Part shown: positions 1 through 7,640 of the stretch, in pieces | Layout: each line of letters opens with the position of its first letter | Position numbering within the stretch: the stretch's first letter is position 1 | Virus record (IMG/VR): IMGVR_UViG_3300042286_000057 | Length of the DNA: 40,373 nt | Direction: 5' to 3' (one strand) | Source: a virus | Notes under the pieces: generated by a model | Database searches by the model: none | What the model saw: only the letters and a program-made list of their open reading frames with translations | Told to the model about the DNA's origin: nothing | Made by a program: the position numbers and the translations under genes

Positions 1-127
1 GTAATCTCGGCAGAACCATACGCCGTCCGTGCGCTCCGCTACTTCGACTGCACGGCCATAAGAATCGTACCCGCTGTAAAGTCGCCTAGCTTTAGCCATA
101 ACATTTCTCCGCATTCCGTGTTGGTAT
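1..127. repeat. Terminal direct repeat, copy 1 (identical to 40247..40373)
   Basis: Nucleotides 1-127 read identically to 40247-40373. This implies a circularly closed or terminally redundant unit of 40246 bp. It carries the 5' end of the minus-strand gene annotated at 40037..40345. Confidence 0.95.
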
Positions 128-133
128 GGTTGA

Positions 134-162
134 ACTATACCTATCGGGGCTGCCACTGTTAA
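134..162 (-). promoter_or_regulatory. sigma70-like promoter of the accessory cassette that wraps across the window ends
   Basis: The minus strand reads TTAACA (162-157), a 17-nt spacer, then TATAGT (139-134). It lies 20-35 nt upstream of the ATGs at 114/99, which equal 40360/40345 in the other repeat copy. Confidence 0.5.
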
Positions 163-191
163 ATACCGATTAGCATCAACAGCCGCCCGCC

Positions 192-389
192 TTATAACTT
201 TTCGTTGCCTGCCTGGCGTACCGGCAACAACCGCCAGCACTCATGCGGGTATCGCGGCGCACTGTCAATGCTGACCGGCTGACTGGCGTCGGCCTCCAGG
301 TAGTCCAGGTACCGCTTGCACCGGCTGCGCTGCGGGCAGAGCCTGGTGCGGTTTGCGCCTGTGCATAAGCGGGCGGGTGGTTGAGTCAT
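192..389 (-). CDS. hypothetical small Cys-containing protein (65 aa, internal ATG of track ORF 192..413)
   Basis: Last open frame of the leftward early operon, starting MTQPPARLCTGANRTRLCPQRSRCKRY. No clear SD. An alternative-frame ORF (265..486) overlaps it. Confidence 0.35.
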   Translation of the reverse strand: MTQPPARLCTGANRTRLCPQRSRCKRYLDYLEADASQPVSIDSAPRYPHECWRLLPVRQAGNEKL

Positions 390-403
390 TGGGCGTGCTG
401 CTG

Positions 404-718
404 TCAGTCCCATACGTCCTTACCTGTTTCTGCGTAGTACCAACTTGAGTCCATTTGAGCGGCGCGCATAAAGCTCTCAACATCACCCATGTTCAGCAGG
501 CCGATGATGTCGTTTTCTGTTGCTGTCTGCTCAATCAGCTCAGGCTCAACGCCAGCCTCGATCGCGGCTGCGAAGCTGTGGTGGCCGTCAAGGATCACCT
601 GATATTCCTCGCCCTCGTACTCAAACGTCGGGCTTACTTGCACTTCAAAATCCTGCGCCTCAATCTTCTTAGCTACGATTTCGTCGTCGATATAGCGCTG
701 GCTGCTGATAAGTTTCAT
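404..718 (-). CDS. ParB/Srx-like nuclease-domain protein (104 aa)
   Basis: VILDGHHSFAAAIEAGV resembles the ParB N-terminal DGHHR motif region. An AGGAAAGGAAA SD-like stretch precedes the ATG at 718. Confidence 0.6.
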   Translation of the reverse strand: MKLISSQRYIDDEIVAKKIEAQDFEVQVSPTFEYEGEEYQVILDGHHSFAAAIEAGVEPELIEQTATENDIIGLLNMGDVESFMRAAQMDSSWYYAETGKDVWD

Positions 719-825
719 TTTCCTTTCCTCGTTTCCGTCTCTCTATGGTTCCCATTATCGCAACCACGGCCCCTACTTGTGAAATATCAATTGGTAGCAA
801 AAAGCGGTTTGCTTATTCCGTTTTG

Positions 826-933
826 TTAGTGAGCCGGCTTTGCTGCCGTTGCTGCCGCCAGTATCTCTTCCTGTATCGCGCAGTTGTACAGCTCTTCGTT
901 GTTGTGATTGGCCTGTTCTGCGTTGAGTGTCAT
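826..933 (-). CDS. hypothetical 35-aa peptide
   Basis: ATG at 933 lies 4 nt after the stop of the upstream gene (938) and has an AAGGA SD. Translates MTLNAEQANHNNEELYNCAIQEEILAAATAAKPAH. Below the ORF-track size cutoff. Confidence 0.3.
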   Translation of the reverse strand: MTLNAEQANHNNEELYNCAIQEEILAAATAAKPAH

Positions 934-937
934 TGTG

Positions 938-1255
938 TTAGTCCTTTTTTGTGTCTAGTAGCTTATTCACCAATGCACTGCCCTCACTGTAAACCTCGCT
1001 GTCCTCAATGCTGAAGCTATCAATTCCGACCAGCATGCAGCCAAGAGCCTTATCCAGCAATTCCACCAAACGATAATGATAATTCGCGGCGGTTACGATG
1101 AATTGGGCGTTGGCTTCCGCTTCTGACTTATCTGGCCATTTCCTGTCGCCCTCCCAACTGTCGGTTTCGTAAGGTTTTACCCATACTCCGCTATGGCTAA
1201 CTACAGCCTCACCATCTACAACGCTCCAAGGTAGCGGCGTATGCCTATCGCTCAT
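938..1255 (-). CDS. hypothetical protein (105 aa; start MSDRHTPLPWSVV)
   Basis: The internal ATG at 1255 overlaps the upstream stop (ATGA), indicating translational coupling. The frame is the same as track ORF 938..1300. Confidence 0.7.
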   Translation of the reverse strand: MSDRHTPLPWSVVDGEAVVSHSGVWVKPYETDSWEGDRKWPDKSEAEANAQFIVTAANYHYRLVELLDKALGCMLVGIDSFSIEDSEVYSEGSALVNKLLDTKKD

Positions 1256-1464
1256 TGTGATTCCCCTCTGGACAACTTCTCGTTTATCCGGCGCATACAC
1301 TCATCCCGATTCTGATGCTGCGACCGGAAGTCTTCGCAAGTCTCCGTCAGGCCGCTTGGGATATGCGTAACCTTTATGCCCTTGGACATTCTTGGAACTT
1401 GCATGCCGTGCCCAGACCTTTGCGGCCACTCCTGGATTACCCAGTCGTTACACTTGCTCATCAT
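1252..1464 (-). CDS. release-factor GGQ-domain-like miniprotein (70 aa) with GMQ in place of GGQ
   Basis: SGHGMQVPRMSKGIKVTHIPSGLTETCEDFRSQHQNR aligns by eye with class-I RF domain 3 ([38 protein letters not shown]). The codons were checked in the DNA: GGC ATG CAA. Confidence 0.75.
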   Translation of the reverse strand: MMSKCNDWVIQEWPQRSGHGMQVPRMSKGIKVTHIPSGLTETCEDFRSQHQNRDECMRRINEKLSRGESQ

Positions 1465-1774
1465 TCGCCTCCTTATTCTTCAGCCTCGCCATAACATCCT
1501 CAAACGATCCGGCGGGCTGGTGGTCGTTGTGGAGTTTGCGGAGACTCTCAGGCCTTGCGTGGTTAATTTTATTCCCGTTTGATGCCGGAAGCGCCTTATC
1601 AATAACAACCCGTTCCTCGCCTGCAAATCCATTTACGCGACCGATTGCGCGCAAAACCTTTACTTTTTGCCCGATGTTTCCTGAGATCCTAGCCTCAACC
1701 ACCACAACCTCATCACCAACCCGCAATGGCCTTCCGTCGATGTCGTGTCCAAGAACTGCGCTCATCTCTTCCAT
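1448..1774 (-). CDS. hypothetical protein (108 aa)
   Basis: Track ORF in the operon. It overlaps its neighbours by 13-17 nt. No recognisable motif. Confidence 0.7.
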   Translation of the reverse strand: MEEMSAVLGHDIDGRPLRVGDEVVVVEARISGNIGQKVKVLRAIGRVNGFAGEERVVIDKALPASNGNKINHARPESLRKLHNDHQPAGSFEDVMARLKNKEANDEQV

Positions 1775-1941
1775 TGCACATACTCCATGAATGCATCAAA
1801 CCCATCGACGTCTACCCCGTTATCGTCTCCCCACTGCTCGGCAGCGTGCTCAAGCATGGCTTGCCGAGCTCCATCCGGCATTTCGTCATTATCAACGGCA
1901 GACATATAGCCAAACACCTGAATTTTCTGATACTCACTCAT
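1762..1941 (-). CDS. hypothetical strongly acidic protein (59 aa)
   Basis: ATG at 1941 overlaps the upstream stop (ATGA) and follows GAGGGGG. Translates MSEYQKIQVFGYMSAVDNDEMPDGARQAMLEHAAEQWGDDNGVDVDGFDAFMEYVQWKR, with 13 D/E against 4 K/R. Below the track cutoff. Confidence 0.6.
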   Translation of the reverse strand: MSEYQKIQVFGYMSAVDNDEMPDGARQAMLEHAAEQWGDDNGVDVDGFDAFMEYVQWKR

Positions 1942-2144
1942 CTCGCCCCCTCAATCTCTTTAAGCAGGGCGCGGGCGCCAGCGCAATCTGCGCCAACGAT
2001 CTTTAGCACCTCAACCAACCTCTCATGGTACTTAGCCGCCACCCGAATACCCGGCGACATCTCCCGGCCTTGTGCGGCTCCGTGAGCGCGGCCTATGGCT
2101 ACCAGGTGGGCGCGGGTTTCTGGGGTGATGTCTACTGTGGGCAT
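1938..2144 (-). CDS. hypothetical protein (68 aa)
   Basis: Track ORF, coupled to both neighbours by overlapping start/stop codons. Confidence 0.65.
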   Translation of the reverse strand: MPTVDITPETRAHLVAIGRAHGAAQGREMSPGIRVAAKYHERLVEVLKIVGADCAGARALLKEIEGAR

Positions 2145-2392
2145 TATTCGACCCTCCAGATACGGACGCCGCCTTCGACATTCCGTGCGACGAACCTGCA
2201 GGGGGCCCCTTTCCTGCGCCGCTTAAACGCAAGCTGCCGGGCCGCCGAAGCCTCTAATCCATCGCTGTGCCCGCCGCGAATGAAAACGCTGTCGCCGGGC
2301 TCCATCTTCGAAAACGGGTACGGCGGGGCCAAACTGCCCGGCGGACGCCGCCCCTCTTTCGGGGGTGGTACGTTCTTCTCGATCTCAGCCAT
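2144..2392 (-). CDS. hypothetical protein (82 aa)
   Basis: First ORF downstream of the 2431..2459 promoter. The YPFSKMEPGDSVFI...GGVRIWRVE pattern is typical of small conserved phage proteins. Confidence 0.7.
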   Translation of the reverse strand: MAEIEKNVPPPKEGRRPPGSLAPPYPFSKMEPGDSVFIRGGHSDGLEASAARQLAFKRRRKGAPCRFVARNVEGGVRIWRVE

Positions 2393-2412
2393 ATCTGCCT
2401 CTATGCCTCTAG

Positions 2413-2753
2413 TTATCCGTTACCCTAAAAACTGTAACCCGTTTTCCGACAGCCGTCAACTTTTCTCAGAGGTAACCGAAAGGGATTTATCTGTTACCTC
2501 CTGCGGGCCGCGCCATTACTGGGTTTGCGCCAGAAAGGTACCGGGTACCAGAAGTTTCAAATCATTACATGTACGGGTAAGTTAAATATGCGGTGTGTAA
2601 AATATTGAGGTTCTCCCGCACGTATAGAATTCACGTACTATCTGTTATCTGGTACCTTTGAATAGAAAATCGCCCGGTTTTCAGGGGGTTAGGTCAGGTA
2701 ACAGATAAATCTATCTGTTACCTTTTCCGCTACCTTTCGGCCTTTCTGTTACC
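2413..2753. repeat. array of six copies of a 12-mer (consensus TTATCTGTTACC), one inverted to form a palindrome
   Basis: Copies: 2413-2424 ttatccgttacc, 2487-2498 ttatctgttacc, 2638-2649 ctatctgttatc, 2697-2708 ggtaacagataa (inverted), 2711-2722 ctatctgttacc, 2742-2753 ctttctgttacc. An AT-rich patch lies at about 2575-2615 and twin GGTACC sites at 2537-2549. Confidence 0.8.
2431..2459 (-). promoter_or_regulatory. sigma70-like promoter for genes 2392 down to 192
   Basis: The minus strand reads TTGACG (2459-2454), a 17-nt spacer, then TACAGT (2436-2431). One 12-mer repeat copy lies between the -10 and the ATG, and another lies upstream of the -35. Confidence 0.5.
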
Positions 2754-5279
2754 TCAGAACGGAACGTAGTCTGCCCCGATGGTTTTATCCAGCTCCTTCC
2801 TGATCCGTTCGTTATCGTCAAGCGGGAGCCCTTTAACCCAAACCCGCCTCGGCTTCCCTTCCCATTTAAGCTGCTTCGGGCAGTGGACCCAGCCCAGCCG
2901 CTGCATCACTTTTGCCAGAGCCCGGCCTTTCGGCATCTCCAATATATCGTCCACGTCAAACTCCGCACCTGGCGGCAGTTGGCTGAGGCAGTCCGTGGCG
3001 ATGGCTTTTTCGGCCACCCCTTTCCCGCCCATCTCGATCCTCTGCGCCACCACGCTCTCGTCGTCGTCCACGTCCGCCGCACGCATGGATTCTTTCTCCG
3101 GCGTCCTGGGGGCGTGGCCGTTCGGGTTAAACGAGTCCGACAGTTTATGGTCCAGTAGCCAACGCCTGAGAGCCCCGGCCTGTTCCAACGCCGCGTGGAC
3201 TTCGGTGAAATAGATATCCATCCGCTGGCCTATCCGGTCCTCCATCTCCTCCGGCGTACTCCATGGCGTAAAGATCACGAACCAGCGCCGGTCCGTGGCC
3301 GACACGGGCAGGGCGTCCGAGTAGTTGGTGAACGCCATGTAGTTCGTCACGTTCAGCGCGTTGTAGCTGTCCTGGCCTTTCTTGTGGATGTCCACCGTGT
3401 TGTTGGTGATTAGGGGCTTCAGGGCGTTCATGGCGTCATATCGGTTGTGGCCGACCAGGCGGACCTCCTCCAGCCCGACGACGCACCGGCCTTCGGCGAA
3501 GCCGTTAAAGTTGCCCATGACCACCGACGGGCCCACGGTCCGCGTGTTAGGCTCACCGATGCAAACGGCGATAAGCTCCAGAAGCAGGGTTTTGCCGTCA
3601 CCCTCGATGCCTTTGATCAATGGCGCGTACCGGATTTTACGGCCGGGGTACTGGACGTTGTGGGCGATGAAGTCCAGCAGCGCCTTGTACACGGCCGGCC
3701 GGTTCCCGGCGATAAACTGTATGTGTCTGTCCATCACCTCCACCGCCCGCTGTCCGTCCGCATCCAGCCAGTCGTCCGCTTCCGGTATGCTGGCGGGGTT
3801 AAAGGTGTTGACGCAATCCCGGCCGCTAACCGTGAACCGCTCCCCAAACTGCGGGCAGTACATGCCCATCTCAACCGTGGGTATCTCCAGATCGTCCAGG
3901 GCATAGCGTAGCGCCGACGGCCGGCGGCCTTCATCGTCCGGTGGTAACTCCCTCTGGTACATGGCGTTAAACCCCTGCGGCGACACCCATTGATCCGTCC
4001 CGTATCGGTATAGCTTGTCGTTGTGCGTGACGTAGTACCAGCGGTCCGCCCATGCAGCCTCCGGCGTATCGACGCGATCCACGCCCCCGCCGGTCCGCTT
4101 GACGGCTTTACGCGCCACGGCAATGGACAGGTGCGAGCCCTCCAGCGCTTTGAAGCGCTCTTGGAACTTCATCGCCAGCCGTTCGCGGTCCACTTCCGCA
4201 AGCTCCGCGTCCCGCCCAACGCCGGCCGCCACGCGCTTCAGTCGTTCCAGATCGTCGGAACCGTCCATCCGGTCCAGCCACTTCTGGATGGGCGCGGCCT
4301 TCTGGATTTCCTGCACTGCGCTCTTTGCCTGCGCCTTCAGATCGACGCCTAGCCAGCCCGCAAGCGCCTTTAGTGCCTCGTCTTCGTCGCCGTTACTATG
4401 CCACTTCGCTACCACCTGAACCGGCGTCATGCCGATTTCTTCGCCGTGGTCGCGGATGCCTTGCGGGTGGATCGACAGGTCCTCTTGCAGGTCCCGGCCC
4501 AGCGCCTCAGACGACACCCGGTAGCCGCCCTGATACTCCTTGGCGTCCTGCCCGAACACATGCGGCACCCAGTCCGCAAACCGGCGCATAGCCTCATACT
4601 GCACCCGCTCCTCCGCCGTCATGGCCTCAACAGCAACGGGCGGGCGGTAGGTCAAAAGGAACAGTTCATCCTCGTCGAACACCTCGGAGCCTTCGGCTAC
4701 TTTCCAGCCCTCCGGCAGCAAGGCCGGCACGCTGTCCAGCCACTGGGCCAGATCAGCGTCCGTCACCTCCGGCAAGTCTTCGGCCGCGCAGTCGAGCAGG
4801 TCGCCGTTCTCCCAGCGGTACGGTTCCCGGAGGTCCGGGTGTATGCCGTAGGCCACAAACTGCTGGCCGGTCATCAGGATTTCTATGGCGTGGTCCCGGC
4901 CGTCCGGAGAGGTCAGTTTCAGTGTTTTCTTTTTACCGCCGCCGGGGCACCGGACCGCCAGCAGCACCCGGCCGGGCTTACCATAGCGGCGGGGTCCGTC
5001 TCCGAACGTCCAGCCGAAGTCAGACGCCACGGTCTCGGTGACGGCTGCATCGTCGATATCAATATCAACGCCGACCACTTCACCCGTGCGGATGCCTACG
5101 TAGTGGCGGGCCTTACCGTTGGCCTTCCAGGCTTCTACCCGGCTCCGATCAATGACCAGGCTGGACCATTTCGGCAGGCGCGGTACTTTCTCCCCCGGCG
5201 CTATGGGCAGGACTTCGTAACCCATCTCCAGCAAGGTCAGGCCGATGTCCTTAATCATGAATCCGTCAGGCTTGCTCAT
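2754..5279 (-). CDS. bifunctional primase-polymerase / SF3 (D5/P4-type) replicative helicase (841 aa)
   Basis: The N-terminus looks like a Prim-Pol domain (GYEVLPIAPGEKVP...GIRTGEVVGVDIDIDD). The C-terminal half has Walker A GIEGDGKT and Walker B VVGLEEV, typical of phage/plasmid primase-helicases. Confidence 0.9.
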   Translation of the reverse strand: MSKPDGFMIKDIGLTLLEMGYEVLPIAPGEKVPRLPKWSSLVIDRSRVEAWKANGKARHYVGIRTGEVVGVDIDIDDAAVTETVASDFGWTFGDGPRRYGKPGRVLLAVRCPGGGKKKTLKLTSPDGRDHAIEILMTGQQFVAYGIHPDLREPYRWENGDLLDCAAEDLPEVTDADLAQWLDSVPALLPEGWKVAEGSEVFDEDELFLLTYRPPVAVEAMTAEERVQYEAMRRFADWVPHVFGQDAKEYQGGYRVSSEALGRDLQEDLSIHPQGIRDHGEEIGMTPVQVVAKWHSNGDEDEALKALAGWLGVDLKAQAKSAVQEIQKAAPIQKWLDRMDGSDDLERLKRVAAGVGRDAELAEVDRERLAMKFQERFKALEGSHLSIAVARKAVKRTGGGVDRVDTPEAAWADRWYYVTHNDKLYRYGTDQWVSPQGFNAMYQRELPPDDEGRRPSALRYALDDLEIPTVEMGMYCPQFGERFTVSGRDCVNTFNPASIPEADDWLDADGQRAVEVMDRHIQFIAGNRPAVYKALLDFIAHNVQYPGRKIRYAPLIKGIEGDGKTLLLELIAVCIGEPNTRTVGPSVVMGNFNGFAEGRCVVGLEEVRLVGHNRYDAMNALKPLITNNTVDIHKKGQDSYNALNVTNYMAFTNYSDALPVSATDRRWFVIFTPWSTPEEMEDRIGQRMDIYFTEVHAALEQAGALRRWLLDHKLSDSFNPNGHAPRTPEKESMRAADVDDDESVVAQRIEMGGKGVAEKAIATDCLSQLPPGAEFDVDDILEMPKGRALAKVMQRLGWVHCPKQLKWEGKPRRVWVKGLPLDDNERIRKELDKTIGADYVPF

Positions 5280-5448
5280 TGCCTATGCGCTCCGCTTTCA
5301 GTTTGCCCTTAGATGCAACCTCTATCTGAAACTGCCGGACCGGGGGCGGGTGATCCCCCCACTGGTAGGTGGCCGATACCCAGATGCCCAGGGCCTCGGC
5401 CAGTTTCTGGCGGGATCCGAAGAAGTCCACCGCTTCTTGTGTGGTCAC
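5266..5448 (-). CDS. Cro/YdaS-like HTH regulator (60 aa, GTG start)
   Basis: FGSRQKLAEALGIWVSATYQWGDHPPPVRQFQIEVASKGKL matches the Cro/YdaS-type pattern. It is the first gene of the leftward operon and has a GGAG SD. Confidence 0.7.
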   Translation of the reverse strand: MTTQEAVDFFGSRQKLAEALGIWVSATYQWGDHPPPVRQFQIEVASKGKLKAERIGNEQA

Positions 5449-5468
5449 GCTAAATTCTCCTCTGATTA

Positions 5469-5512
5469 TTGACAGCTGTTACAGTCTGCTGTAATACTGT
5501 GCCAGCTGTCAA
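5469..5512. promoter_or_regulatory. divergent control region: 10-bp inverted repeat with two TTGACA hexamers
   Basis: TTGACAGCTG (5469-5478) and CAGCTGTCAA (5503-5512) are perfect inverted repeats 24 nt apart. On the plus strand TTGACA, 17 nt, then TAATAC(T) at 5492-5498 precedes the gene at 5534. An inner TACAG/CTGTA palindrome is present, and a CTGTTAC core is shared with the 2413-2753 repeats. Confidence 0.5.
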
Positions 5513-5533
5513 ACGAAAAACCGAGGAAACGAC

Positions 5534-5911
5534 ATGTCCGCACATCAAGAAAGAGTAGAAGACCTGCTGGCCTCCCTGATCCGGGAGCAGCAGCAAACCC
5601 GCGACGCCATCGCATCACTGGCGGAAGCCATCGCTGGGGTACGCGCAGAAGTGACGGAGGCCGCGCCCGCCCAGGCCAAAGAAACCGAAAAGGCCCCAGA
5701 AGCGAAAGCGGAGCCCGAAGCCTCCCCCAGCGACGCCGAACCGGAGGCCCCGGTAGACATCAACCAGCTGCGTGAAGCGTTCGCGGCTAAAAGCCGGGAC
5801 GGCAAAAAGACTGAGCTGAAGGAACTGCTCTCCAGCTACGGCGCTAAAAAGCTGCCCGACCTCAACGAGTCGCAATACGCCGAGGTGCTGAAGAAGGCGA
5901 ACGCGCTATGA
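5534..5911 (+). CDS. hypothetical Ala/Glu/Pro-rich protein (125 aa), first gene of the replication operon
   Basis: Track ORF with a GAGGAAA SD. Its end overlaps the next gene (ATGA). Confidence 0.8.
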   Translation: MSAHQERVEDLLASLIREQQQTRDAIASLAEAIAGVRAEVTEAAPAQAKETEKAPEAKAEPEASPSDAEPEAPVDINQLREAFAAKSRDGKKTELKELLSSYGAKKLPDLNESQYAEVLKKANAL

Positions 5912-7017
5912 TCGCCCACGCCAAACTCGGCGCGTCCAGCGCAGACCGATGGATGAACTGCCCCGGCTCGGTGCAGCTCTCCGAAGGCATGCCGGACAGT
6001 AAAAGCGAACACGCCGCCCTGGGCACCAAGGCGCATGATCTCGCTGAGCTGTGCCTGAAACACAAGCTGGACGCCACCGACCTGCCGGACACCGACGAGT
6101 GGGCGCAGTACCCGCACGACATGCGGGACTATGTGCAGGTGTACCTGGACTACGTGCGGGCCCGTCTGTTTGAGACCGGCGGCCGCCTGCTGGTAGAGCA
6201 GCGGGTGGACTACAGCGAGTGGGTGCCGGGGGGCTTCGGGACATCGGACGCCATCATACTGGCAGACGACCGCATCATCTGCGTGGATCTGAAGTACGGC
6301 ACCGGGGTGAAGGTCTACGCAGAGCGCAACCGGCAGGCCATGCTCTACGCCCTCGGCGCGTACTCCGACTACTGGTACGACCTGCCGGACGCCCCGAAGG
6401 TGGAGAGCGTCATTGTGCAGCCCCGGCTGGACCACATCGACGAGGCTGAGCAAACCCTGGATGAGCTGCTGGCCTTCGCTGACGAGGCCCGCAAGGCGGC
6501 GGAGCTTGCCCTGTCTGATAGCCCGCCCTTGGTGCCAGGGGAGAAGCAGTGCCGCTTCTGCCGAGCTAAGGCGGTATGCCGGGCCCGCGCCGACAAGAAC
6601 CTGAGCATCGCGGTAGAGGAGTTCGGGGAGCCGGTCCCCGCGCCGGACAAACTGGACCTTGACGAGATTGGCGAACTACTGCCGAAACTGGACGACATCG
6701 CCCAGTGGGTGAAAGATGTTAAGGAATACGCTTTACAGCAGGCTGTAAACGGCGGTAAGATAAAAGGCTATAAGGTTGTGGCAGGTCGCAGTGTTAGACG
6801 CTGGACCCCTGACGCAGCCGAACGGCTCGCTGAATACGATGACCTCTTTGAGCGTAAGCTCCTGGGCATCGGGCAGGCAGAGAAAGTTCTCGGCAAAGGC
6901 TCCGATCTGATCAAAGAGCTGACCGTGAAACCGGAGGGCAAACCGGCGTTGGTTCCGGCCTCCGACAAACGCCCTGAAATACAGGGCCCCCAATCCGCCG
7001 CAGATGACTTTGCATGA
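5908..7017 (+). CDS. PD-(D/E)XK Cas4-like exonuclease (DUF2800-type, 369 aa)
   Basis: GASSADRWMNCPGS at the N-terminus, a VDLKYGTG nuclease core, and the C-terminal Cys cluster CRFCRAKAVC. Confidence 0.85.
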   Translation: MIAHAKLGASSADRWMNCPGSVQLSEGMPDSKSEHAALGTKAHDLAELCLKHKLDATDLPDTDEWAQYPHDMRDYVQVYLDYVRARLFETGGRLLVEQRVDYSEWVPGGFGTSDAIILADDRIICVDLKYGTGVKVYAERNRQAMLYALGAYSDYWYDLPDAPKVESVIVQPRLDHIDEAEQTLDELLAFADEARKAAELALSDSPPLVPGEKQCRFCRAKAVCRARADKNLSIAVEEFGEPVPAPDKLDLDEIGELLPKLDDIAQWVKDVKEYALQQAVNGGKIKGYKVVAGRSVRRWTPDAAERLAEYDDLFERKLLGIGQAEKVLGKGSDLIKELTVKPEGKPALVPASDKRPEIQGPQSAADDFA

Positions 7018-7061
7018 GTCTAACCGGCAAAACGTGAGACTGAAAAACCGAGGTAAACGAG

Positions 7062-7586
7062 ATGAGCAAGAAAGTAGTCACTGGCAAAGTTCGCGGCTCC
7101 TACGTCAACGTATTCCGCCCGCGCATGAACGACATGAGCGGCAAAGACGAGTACAGCATGGCGATTCTGATCCCGAAGTCTGACGAGAAGACCGTCAGCA
7201 AGATCAAAGCCGCCATCGAAGAGGCCAAAAAAGACAAGTTTGGAAGTAAAACCCCCTCCAACTTCCGCAGCCCGTTGCGCGACGGTGACGAGGAGCGCCC
7301 GGATGACGAGGCGTATCAGGGCCACTACTTCATGAACATCAAGAGCCAGAACCGGCCGGGCATTGTGGATAAGAACCGTGATGAGGTGATCGATAACGAC
7401 GCCTTCATCTCCGGCGATTACTGTCGGGTGTCCATGAACGCCTACGCCTACGACGTGAGCGGCAATCGCGGGGTGGCCTTTGGCCTGGGCAATGTCCAGG
7501 TTCTTGAGAAGGGCGAGCCTCTGACCAGCCGCGCCCGCGCGGAAGACGAGTTTGACGACTGGGATGACGACGAAGACTTCGGTTGA
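7062..7586 (+). CDS. ssDNA-binding protein (DUF2815-type, 174 aa)
   Basis: MSKKVVTGKVRGSYVNVFRP at the N-terminus and an acidic SSB-like tail DEFDDWDDDEDFG. Its position between the Cas4-like nuclease and PolA is typical of this module. Confidence 0.8.
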   Translation: MSKKVVTGKVRGSYVNVFRPRMNDMSGKDEYSMAILIPKSDEKTVSKIKAAIEEAKKDKFGSKTPSNFRSPLRDGDEERPDDEAYQGHYFMNIKSQNRPGIVDKNRDEVIDNDAFISGDYCRVSMNAYAYDVSGNRGVAFGLGNVQVLEKGEPLTSRARAEDEFDDWDDDEDFG

Positions 7587-7603
7587 GTAACTTGATCCAC
7601 AGG

Positions 7604-7626
7604 GCCCGCTTCGGCGGGCTTTTTTA
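7604..7626 (+). terminator. intrinsic terminator/attenuator between the SSB and DNA polymerase genes
   Basis: GCCCGC-TTCG-GCGGGC stem-loop (7604-7619) followed by TTTTTT (7620-7625). Confidence 0.8.
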
Positions 7627-7640
7627 CCGGAGTCTGACGG

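Noticed and set aside
4398-5312. Long plus-strand ORF (304 aa) antisense to the primase gene. Similar shadow ORFs occur elsewhere, e.g. 33333..34622 (429 aa) antisense to the capsid gene, 27365..28375 (336 aa) antisense to the tape measure gene, and 5836..6453 and 7020..7649 antisense to replication genes.
   Set aside because: Their translations are Arg/Ala/Gly/Pro/His-rich low-complexity sequence, typical of antisense frames of GC-rich genes. They lack SD or start context, and they fully overlap ORFs with clear family signatures.
5465-5494. Leftward promoter TTACAG-18-AATAAT for the Cro-like gene
   Set aside because: The -10 would place the transcription start inside the GGAG Shine-Dalgarno sequence of the GTG at 5448. 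The leftward promoter in this region is therefore left unassigned.
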